Made by a program: the position numbers and the translations under genes. A model generated the notes under the pieces. That model searched no databases, was not told the DNA's origin, and saw nothing but the letters and a program-made list of their open reading frames with translations. DNA of 32,000 nucleotides from Candidatus Saccharimonadota bacterium (GTDB taxonomy: Bacteria > Patescibacteriota > Gracilibacteria > UBA1369 > 2-02-FULL-48-14): positions 1,284,578-1,316,577 of the forward strand of contig JBAZVE010000001.1 in the NCBI GenBank assembly GCA_041661045.1. The letters are read 5' to 3'. Positions within the stretch are counted from its first letter, which is position 1, and every line of letters begins with the position of its first letter. Below are positions 23,864 to 30,825 of the stretch, one piece after another.

Positions 23864-25315
23864 TCACGGCTTTAAGTGAACCAGAAATATGGAATCCGCT
23901 TGCCAGGATGTGTCCATCTGCCCCTGTCCTGCGAAATGAATGGTCAGCCACTCCCCATCCGGAGAAAGCACAAGATCTTCAATCAAGAATCTTTCCGTGG
24001 TGGAATAGATGAGTTGTTCTTTATAAAACAATTCTTGGCAATAGGTTTCTCCTCCCAGGACTTTTACCGTTCCCGGCTCCATGAACTCAAGCGCAAAGGG
24101 GTCTATACAATTGAATGTTTCCGGCAGGTAGACCTCCCCGGATTTCACTTGAACCATGAAGAGCCCTTCTCTCCTTTGCAGCTCATTCCACTCTAGCTCT
24201 TTCGGATCTTCTGAAAGTTCTGTTAACAGGATGCTGGCATCGTCCTGTCTGGCGATTCTCAGGCCGGTTTCTATCCAAAGTGGTGCGTAGGAAAAGGCCC
24301 GCTCTCCGTCTTGGGTGAGAAATCGATACCAAGGATACAAAGGACCCAGCTCTTGTTTCTCCCATTCCTTTGTGACATTCACACTGGGGTACTGCCAAGC
24401 AATGGATGTGTCCTCTTTCGGGTGAAATGAGAATCCATAGACAAGGATCAGAGCCAGGAAAAACTTCCCTAATGGGAAATCTTTTTTATTTTTTAAAGCA
24501 CTAAAGAGCCCATGCAAGATATAGAGGCCGAAGAGAGCGGCAAGTATTCCGACAATAATATGACCAAGAAGCAGATTGTTTAAAAACGGAAGGAATACGA
24601 ATATCTTCAACAAGAAAAGGGGTAATTCCAGTATGTTTATTCCTGAGGTTTGAGATAAAACCAGCCCCACCATGAGGGCGCTCGTGGCACCTATGAGTCC
24701 GATCCATCGAATCCTTTTTTCTCCTTTTGCCGAGAGGGCTTTATCACTGGCTCTCCATGCAGCAAGGGCTTGAATCAACAGATAGCTACTGATCACCAAT
24801 GGGAAGAAATGATCTTGAACGGTGTCGTCATCAAAACTTAAGAGAAGCATGAGTGCAATGGCACAATACCAACCTGGCAGGAGTAAAAGCGGCAGGATTG
24901 CTTTGATATCTTTTTTTTCGAATGGAAATGAAGTTTTTAAATGTGCCCAGAGCCAACGATAAAAAAGAAAATAGAGAAGGCCGCTCAACAGGAGTGTTGC
25001 GATCCAAATGACTGCCTTCCCTAAAATATCCTCGGTGGTTTCCGTGAATCCATTCCCCACAAAAGGCAAGGCGGCAATGGGTGCCGCACAAACCCCCAGG
25101 AATAAAGCTTCTAAAAACAGGGCGATTTTCTTTTGCATGGTGATTTTATAAAAATGAATAAATTCGTGGGGGTCTCCCATGTGACGGTCGATGGTCGCAG
25201 TGCCATGGTCTCCATGATCCTCCCAATGATCGTTCAGTTCCTGAAGCAGGCGAGCCTTGTATCCGTCTTTGGGTAAATCTCTGGAAAGAATTTTGAAAAA
25301 ATCCTTCTTATGCAT
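23864..25315 (-). CDS. PadR-coupled polytopic membrane protein (HAAS/DUF1700-like N-terminal helix, multi-TM core, C-terminal extracytoplasmic domain)
   Basis: Its start overlaps the padR stop by 8 nt (ATGCATAA). N terminus reads LSRDLPKDGYKARLLQELNDHWEDH, followed by many hydrophobic segments. The roughly 170-aa C-terminal soluble domain contains LSPDGEWL (PD40-like). Confidence 0.6.
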   Translation of the reverse strand: MHKKDFFKILSRDLPKDGYKARLLQELNDHWEDHGDHGTATIDRHMGDPHEFIHFYKITMQKKIALFLEALFLGVCAAPIAALPFVGNGFTETTEDILGKAVIWIATLLLSGLLYFLFYRWLWAHLKTSFPFEKKDIKAILPLLLLPGWYCAIALMLLLSFDDDTVQDHFFPLVISSYLLIQALAAWRASDKALSAKGEKRIRWIGLIGATSALMVGLVLSQTSGINILELPLFLLKIFVFLPFLNNLLLGHIIVGILAALFGLYILHGLFSALKNKKDFPLGKFFLALILVYGFSFHPKEDTSIAWQYPSVNVTKEWEKQELGPLYPWYRFLTQDGERAFSYAPLWIETGLRIARQDDASILLTELSEDPKELEWNELQRREGLFMVQVKSGEVYLPETFNCIDPFALEFMEPGTVKVLGGETYCQELFYKEQLIYSTTERFLIEDLVLSPDGEWLTIHFAGQGQMDTSWQADSIFLVHLKP

Positions 25316-25646
25316 GGGCTTCTGTTCTTAAAATCTTATTCATTCCCTTGAGGAAATGCTTGAATTGCACCGTTTCTTCTTGCAGCACTCGTTTCCCCTC
25401 CCGCGTGAGCTTGTAGTAACGCCTTTTTTTCTCCCCTTTTTGTTTCCACTCACTTTCTAAAAAGCCTTTTTCTTCCAAACGGTATAACAAGGGATACAGC
25501 GTGCTTTCTTGAAATTGAAAAATGGATGCGCTGGATTTTTCGATGGCGGAAGTGAGTTGGTACCCATAAGCCTCATCCAAATCGTCCAGCGTTTGCAGCA
25601 CGATGAGCTCAATACTCCCCTTTAAAATTTCCTTGGAAAATGCCAT
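25308..25646 (-). CDS. PadR-family transcriptional regulator
   Basis: ILKGSIELIVLQTL..AYGYQLTSAIE..STLYPLLYRLEEKGFLESEW..RRYYKLTREGKRVL is a canonical PadR winged helix. Confidence 0.9.
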   Translation of the reverse strand: MAFSKEILKGSIELIVLQTLDDLDEAYGYQLTSAIEKSSASIFQFQESTLYPLLYRLEEKGFLESEWKQKGEKKRRYYKLTREGKRVLQEETVQFKHFLKGMNKILRTEAHA

Positions 25647-25668
25647 GTTGTTTTACTTATGTGATGAA

Positions 25669-25687
25669 TACTATTTACTACATAGTA
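25669..25687. promoter_or_regulatory. Inverted repeat TACTAT-N7-ATAGTA, candidate PadR operator in the padR/mntP divergent region
   Basis: Perfect 6-bp arms at 25669-25674 and 25682-25687. Lies 23-41 nt upstream of the padR ATG and 55-73 nt upstream of the mntP ATG. A TATAAT box for mntP sits at 25710-25715. Confidence 0.35.
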
Positions 25688-25741
25688 AAAAGATTTGCAA
25701 GTGGATTTTTATAATCCAGGGAAGCGTGCTAGCATCTTTTT

Positions 25742-26299
25742 ATGTTGATGTTTCAAATCTTTCTCACGGCGTTTGGGCTTTCGATGGATGCTTGTGCGGC
25801 TTCGGTGGCGATGGGCGCACGATTTAAGCATTTGATGCTGAGGCTGCTGGGTTTGAGTTTGCTTTTTGGTGTTTTTCAGGCAGGGATGCCGCTGCTGGGT
25901 TATGCCTTGGGCGCACCTTTTGAACGGTTCATTGCACCGGTGGACCATTGGATTGCCTTTGCGATTCTTTGTTTACTTGGGCTCAATATGATTTTTGACT
26001 GGCAGAAGGAAAACGAGATTGAAGAGTCGGCGAAAAAACTGTCTTGGAAAGTGATGTTCAGTTTGGCTTTTGCCACCAGTATTGATGCTTTTGTGGTGGG
26101 AATTGGAATGTCGGCGATGCAGTGGCCTTTGCTGATTTCTGTTTTGATGATTGGAGGCGTCACTTTGGCGTTCTCCGTTCTTGGCGTCTTTGTGGGCAGA
26201 CGGTTTGGTGCTTTTCTTTCAGGTTACGCTGAAAAATTTGGCGGAGTTGTTTTGATTTTCCTGGGCTGCAAGATTTTATTCAGTCACCTTTTTTTCTAA
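25742..26299 (+). CDS. mntP: Manganese efflux pump MntP
   Basis: 185 aa, six hydrophobic segments, with FGLSMDACAASVAMG and a second SIDAFVVGIGM half-repeat typical of MntP/YebN. Confidence 0.85.
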   Translation: MLMFQIFLTAFGLSMDACAASVAMGARFKHLMLRLLGLSLLFGVFQAGMPLLGYALGAPFERFIAPVDHWIAFAILCLLGLNMIFDWQKENEIEESAKKLSWKVMFSLAFATSIDAFVVGIGMSAMQWPLLISVLMIGGVTLAFSVLGVFVGRRFGAFLSGYAEKFGGVVLIFLGCKILFSHLFF

Positions 26300-27098
26300 T
26301 CAAAAAACACCAGTGGGAAAAGTGTCCGGCAAAGTCCGGAGCTTTGAGGTGTTCGATTTTTTCGATGGTGCAGGGATTGAGGCGTGAGGCGTCTATTTTG
26401 AAGCCGGTGCAGTTGTTGGAAAAGAGGATGAAGCCGCCGGAGTTGAGAAGTTCCAGCGCCGCATTGAGGAGGGCCGGATAATCCCGTTCAACCGAAAAGG
26501 TGTTGCCCTTGTTTTTGCTGAATGTGGGCGGGTCGATGATGATGATGTCGTAGGAGAGATTTTTGCGCTTGGCGTAGCGGAAGAATTCGAGGGTATCCAT
26601 TTTGTAGACCCAGTTTTTTTCCGGCGGCAGATGATTGAGAGCAAGGTTTTTCTTAATCCACTCGCAGTAGGTTTCCGAAAGATCCACGCTGGTGGTTTTA
26701 GTGGCGCCGCCGCAGGCGGCGTAGATGGAAAAACTCCCGGTGTATGCAAATGTGTTGAGTACCGTTTTGTCTTTGCTTTGCGCCTCGATCCATTTGCGCG
26801 TTTCACGGTGATCCAGGAAAAGTCCGCAATCCAAATAATCCGAAAGATTGATGAGAAATTTGTGCCCATTTTCTTCCACGATCACTTCCTTGTGCTCGGC
26901 CTTAAGCGCCTCCCCCGCTCCCTTGCCACGACGATCTTTGTAAAAGAATTCTGTGATGGGGACTTGCGTGCGAACTTGTTTTTCGAATTCTTGTGTTTTG
27001 GGGAACTCTCCAAAAATATGAACCACGGCATTGTCCTTATACAGGTCCACCGCAAGGTCTTGGGTTCGTAGGAGTCGATAGGCTTCCAGATTTCGCAT
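26280..27098 (-). CDS. Class I SAM-dependent rRNA methyltransferase, RlmK-like (no PUA domain)
   Basis: Has VLNTFAYTGSFSIYAACGGA (SAM motif I), IIIIDPPTFSKNK (motif IV) and FSNNCTGFKID, similar to the C-terminal module of RlmKL. Confidence 0.7.
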   Translation of the reverse strand: MRNLEAYRLLRTQDLAVDLYKDNAVVHIFGEFPKTQEFEKQVRTQVPITEFFYKDRRGKGAGEALKAEHKEVIVEENGHKFLINLSDYLDCGLFLDHRETRKWIEAQSKDKTVLNTFAYTGSFSIYAACGGATKTTSVDLSETYCEWIKKNLALNHLPPEKNWVYKMDTLEFFRYAKRKNLSYDIIIIDPPTFSKNKGNTFSVERDYPALLNAALELLNSGGFILFSNNCTGFKIDASRLNPCTIEKIEHLKAPDFAGHFSHWCFLIRKKGD

Positions 27099-27232
27099 GG
27101 ACGCAGTTTACCCCCATTTCACAAGTTTTTCACAGGGACTTCATTAGAAAATCAAATGTGAGGCCTAAATTGGGTCATGGATTCGGGCATCTGCGCCGGT
27201 CGACAATCCTTTTAACTCCTAAACTTTAAATC

Positions 27233-27829
27233 ATGAAAAATAAACAATTTTTAAGTCACCTTTTGGTTCTTGGTCTCATTGTGGGGGGCACGGGAACCAT
27301 CGCGCTTGTTCAAAATGCTTCCGCCGAGGATGCTTCCGCTGGTTTTGCGGGTTCTGCGGGTTCTGCGGAAGAAATGGGGCGGCCGGGCATGGAAATGCGC
27401 GCACAAGTGGACAGAACGGTGGAGAACATTTCAGACGGTGTCATCATCACGCTGACTACGGAGGACAGCAGCGCGCTTGAACACCTGCAAAGTATGACGG
27501 AATTTCCTGCGCATAGGGGCAATGGAGATTTTATGGAGAGCGTGGACCAAGAAATCAATCTTTTAGACAATGGTATTCAGATCACCCTTCGGTCGGAGGA
27601 TCCCGAAACGGTTGATCGACTCCAAAACATGCCCGAACCGGGAGAAAAGGGCATGCACTTCCGTCGTGGTGGAGAGGGGCCCTTGCCGTTTATGAATGAA
27701 AATGTTGAGCGAACGGTGGAGGACATTGAAAATGGCGTCGTGATCACCCTGACTTCGGAGGATGATGAGGTGGTATCCCAATTGCAAGATTTTGAATGGG
27801 ATGAACCGGAAACTTCCGTGGAGGACTGA
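27233..27829 (+). CDS. Secreted acidic protein with three ~30-aa internal repeats
   Basis: Signal peptide ending VQNASA. Repeats: VDRTVENISDGVIITLTTEDSSALEHLQSM (27407-27496), VDQEINLLDNGIQITLRSEDPETVDRLQNM (27542-27631) and VERTVEDIENGVVITLTSEDDEVVSQLQDF (27704-27793). Confidence 0.7.
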   Translation: MKNKQFLSHLLVLGLIVGGTGTIALVQNASAEDASAGFAGSAGSAEEMGRPGMEMRAQVDRTVENISDGVIITLTTEDSSALEHLQSMTEFPAHRGNGDFMESVDQEINLLDNGIQITLRSEDPETVDRLQNMPEPGEKGMHFRRGGEGPLPFMNENVERTVEDIENGVVITLTSEDDEVVSQLQDFEWDEPETSVED

Positions 27830-27848
27830 GCTTGAGGGGGCTGAGTTT

Positions 27849-27874
27849 GGGGGGGCTGGCTTGCCAGCCCCCCC
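27849..27874 (+). terminator. Perfect 12-bp GC hairpin (G7CTGGC / GCCAGC7), possible terminator or attenuator
   Basis: GGGGGGGCTGGC (27849-27860), loop TT, GCCAGCCCCCCC (27863-27874). No U-tract follows; TATAAT at 27881-27886 comes next. Confidence 0.4.
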
Positions 27875-27896
27875 TTGAAGTATAATTCACAACGAT

Positions 27897-28592
27897 ATGC
27901 AAAAAACGATTCTTATTGTGGAGGATGATTCAAAAATTGCTGAGCTCGTTCAGCTTTATTTGGAGAAGGAAAATTTTCGTGTGCTCAAGGCCGAGGATGG
28001 AGCGGAGGGTCTGGAATTGGCGCTCAAGGCTAAGCCCGACCTCATTGTTTTGGATCGGATGCTGCCAAGCATGGAAGGGCTTGAAGTGCTTCGCGCCGTT
28101 CGCGCGGTTTATGAAGTTCCTATTTTGATCCTGAGTGCAAAGGGCGATGAAATTGAAAAAGTGATTGGACTGGAAGTGGGCGCGGATGACTATTTGAGCA
28201 AGCCCTTTAGCCCCAAGGAGCTGGTGGCACGGGTCAAAGCCCTGCTCAGACGCAGCAAGGTTGTGGCACCTGTGGCGGCCTCCCTTCATTACAAGGATCT
28301 CAGCTTGGATTCCTCTAAAATGCAGGTGCTTAAAAACGGACAAACGCTTGAATTTTCGGCTCTGGAGTTCAAGCTTTTGCACATTTTTATGAAGCAAGTG
28401 GGCCATGTCTTTTCTAGAGATCAGCTGATGCAGGAGCTCTATGATTCTCAGGCGCGTGTCTACGACCGCACCATCGACGCACACATTAAAAACCTCAGAA
28501 AGAAATTGGGTGATTCTTCCAAAAAACCCATATATATTGCTTCCGTATTTGGCGTTGGATATAAACTTTTAGACGATGAAAACCTCTCTTAG
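27897..28592 (+). CDS. OmpR-family response regulator
   Basis: Receiver domain (ILIVEDD..DLIVLDRMLP..SAKG) plus a winged-helix output domain (LEFSALEFKLLHIFM..VFGVGYKL). Confidence 0.92.
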   Translation: MQKTILIVEDDSKIAELVQLYLEKENFRVLKAEDGAEGLELALKAKPDLIVLDRMLPSMEGLEVLRAVRAVYEVPILILSAKGDEIEKVIGLEVGADDYLSKPFSPKELVARVKALLRRSKVVAPVAASLHYKDLSLDSSKMQVLKNGQTLEFSALEFKLLHIFMKQVGHVFSRDQLMQELYDSQARVYDRTIDAHIKNLRKKLGDSSKKPIYIASVFGVGYKLLDDENLS

Positions 28593-29664
28593 AAACAAAC
28601 TTTTTCTGAGTTATGTCCTTATGATCCTGCTCACGCTGGGGATTTTAAGCTGGTTTGTGGATGAGCAAGTGAGCGAACATTTTAGTCGGTTTGCGGAGGA
28701 TTTTATGAATCAGGGCCTCCCTATGACGCCCGGGCCAAGAGTTGAGGTTTTTTTACAGGCCATTCAAAAGTCCATGTTTCTCACCATGATGGCTGCCGCT
28801 TTCTTCGCTATTTTGATCAGTTTTATGACCATTGGATATTTCACCAGCCCTATTAAAAAAATGATTGCCGCCACCAAGGCCATCGCGGACGGGAAATATC
28901 AAGAGAGGATTCCCGTGGAATCTCACGATGAACTGGGTGATTTAATGGAATCCTTGAACTCCATGGCTGAGGCCTTGGATCGACACCGTTATTTGCAAGA
29001 GCAACTTCTGATCAATGTTTCCCATGAACTCGCCACCCCGCTCACCAATATCGGAGGCTACTTGGAGGCCTTGGAAGATGATGTCATTAAAAAAGAAAAA
29101 CAAAAAGAAGTGTATGGGCTCATGCATGAAGAAACCGAGCGGCTCAAAAAAATGCTCCGAGAGCTTCGAGCCCTTCCCTTGCTTGAAAAAACGCAGTTTC
29201 AAATCCACCCCTCTCTACACAATATCGAAGCCTTGTGTAAAAAAGTCATCAAACAAATTCAACCCCAGTTTGATGCTAAAAAAGTTTCCCTGCGCTTTGT
29301 CTCCGAGCTTGAATCCAAGGAAGTTTTGCTCGATAAAGACCGCAGCACACAAATCCTTTTGAACTTGCTGAACAATGCCCTGCAATACACCCCCGCGCAC
29401 AAGTCTGTGCTGGTCCATCTCACTCAAACCGAAAAAGAAACTATTTTGAGTGTGGAGGATGAAGGCCAGGGCATCCCCGCCAAAGCCTTGCCTTATATTT
29501 TTGAGCGCTTTTATCGGGTTGATGCCTCCAGAAACCGCAAAACGGGTGGCGTTGGCATCGGCCTCGCCATTGTAAAAGAGCTTGTGGAAGCCCACGGCGG
29601 ACGCGTGGAAGTCACCAGTACGGAGGGCAAGGGCAGTCGCTTTAGTGTTTACTTTTTGAACTAG
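28576..29664 (+). CDS. Sensor histidine kinase (2 TM, HAMP, HisKA, HATPase_c)
   Basis: H-box VSHELATPLTNIGGYLEAL, N-box LLNLLNNALQYT, G-boxes EDEGQGIP and GGVGIGLAIVKELVEAHGG. Overlaps the regulator gene by 17 nt. Confidence 0.9.
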   Translation: MKTSLRNKLFLSYVLMILLTLGILSWFVDEQVSEHFSRFAEDFMNQGLPMTPGPRVEVFLQAIQKSMFLTMMAAAFFAILISFMTIGYFTSPIKKMIAATKAIADGKYQERIPVESHDELGDLMESLNSMAEALDRHRYLQEQLLINVSHELATPLTNIGGYLEALEDDVIKKEKQKEVYGLMHEETERLKKMLRELRALPLLEKTQFQIHPSLHNIEALCKKVIKQIQPQFDAKKVSLRFVSELESKEVLLDKDRSTQILLNLLNNALQYTPAHKSVLVHLTQTEKETILSVEDEGQGIPAKALPYIFERFYRVDASRNRKTGGVGIGLAIVKELVEAHGGRVEVTSTEGKGSRFSVYFLN

Positions 29665-29702
29665 GTTTTGTTAGGATGCAGGCACGGTAATTTATAATTT
29701 TT

Positions 29703-30104
29703 ATGAAAAAAATCTTTTCCTTTTTAATGGCCGCTTTACTTTTAACTTCTTGCACTTCCATGGATTCTTCTGAACCTGTCACTGAACTTCAAATTGAGGA
29801 CCTTAGCATTGGGAGCGGTGAATCCGCCAAGGTTGGTGACACGGTAGAAATGCACTACACAGGGACTCTTTTGGATGGAACCGTTTTTGACAGTTCCAGG
29901 CCCCGCGGACAGACTTTTAGCTTTACGATTGGAGCCGGCCAAGTGATTCAGGGCTGGGAAGAGGGCATCCCCGGAATGAACGAGGGTGGCACTCGAAAAC
30001 TCACGATTCCTTCCGACATGGCCTATGGAGACAGCGGGGTTGGTCCGATTCCAGGAGGCGCAACTCTGATTTTTGAGGTAGAATTGGTGAGCATCCAAGA
30101 ATAA
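29703..30104 (+). CDS. FKBP-type peptidyl-prolyl cis-trans isomerase, lipoprotein
   Basis: Lipobox LLLTSC, followed by GDTVEMHYTGTLLDGTVFDSS..FTIGAGQVIQGWEEGIPGM..GGTRKLTIPSDMAYG. Confidence 0.9.
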   Translation: MKKIFSFLMAALLLTSCTSMDSSEPVTELQIEDLSIGSGESAKVGDTVEMHYTGTLLDGTVFDSSRPRGQTFSFTIGAGQVIQGWEEGIPGMNEGGTRKLTIPSDMAYGDSGVGPIPGGATLIFEVELVSIQE

Positions 30105-30117
30105 CAAGGCGACTGGA

Positions 30118-30825
30118 ATGAAAGAACGACTCCAAAAACGAATCGCAAGCAGTGGGTATTGTTCGCGCAGGGCCGCAGAACGCTTGATTGAAGATGGCGA
30201 GGTGAAGGTGAATGGAAAAATGGTGAAGGAGCAAGGCGTTCAAGTGAGTGAAAAAGATAAAATTGAAGTGGAGGGGAAACTCTTGAAGTTTGACAGTAAA
30301 AAAATCACCATTGCTTTTAATAAGCCGATTGGAGTGGTGAGCACACGAAAAGATCCTTTTGGAGCCAAGACCGTGACCGAACTTTTGCCCGCAAAATTCC
30401 GACATCTCAATCCTGTTGGGCGCCTGGATATGGACTCCGAAGGGCTGCTCCTCTTTTCTTCTGACGGGGACTTGCTTTTGGAGCTCACCCATCCGCGCTA
30501 TGAGCACAAAAAAACTTACGAAGTTGGCGTTTACGGTGAGGTGACGACTCATACTTTAAAAGCACTTACAAAGGGAGTGGAACTCGACGGAGTTACGCTT
30601 CAGCCCATGCGCAGCACCGTTTTGCGTGGGGATGGCAAACGCACTTGGCTTGAGATGGTCCTTAAAGAAGGCCGCAAGCGCCAAATCCGCCGAGTGATGG
30701 AACGATTTGGGCACACGGTTTTTTCGCTCAAACGCACTGCCGTTGGTGAACTGGAACTCGGAGACCTAAAAACCGGCGAGTGCCGAGAACTCACGGACGA
30801 GGAGATTCAGAAAACCTTGAAGTGA
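30118..30825 (+). CDS. RsuA/RluB-family rRNA pseudouridine synthase
   Basis: N-terminal S4 domain (RLQKRIASSGYCSRRAAERLIEDGEVKVNG) and the catalytic motif GRLDMDSEGLLLFSSDG. Confidence 0.9.
   Translation: MKERLQKRIASSGYCSRRAAERLIEDGEVKVNGKMVKEQGVQVSEKDKIEVEGKLLKFDSKKITIAFNKPIGVVSTRKDPFGAKTVTELLPAKFRHLNPVGRLDMDSEGLLLFSSDGDLLLELTHPRYEHKKTYEVGVYGEVTTHTLKALTKGVELDGVTLQPMRSTVLRGDGKRTWLEMVLKEGRKRQIRRVMERFGHTVFSLKRTAVGELELGDLKTGECRELTDEEIQKTLK

Noticed and set aside
25647-25741. yybP-ykoY manganese riboswitch upstream of mntP
   Set aside because: Only about 95 nt are available, and about 20 nt after the likely -10 box. The region is AT-rich and has none of the conserved four-helix core sequences I remember.
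27861-27886. TTGCCA (27861-27866) as the -35 partner of TATAAT (27881-27886)
   Set aside because: The spacer is only 14 nt, and the hexamer lies in the loop and 3' arm of the GC hairpin. Only the -10 box is noted.
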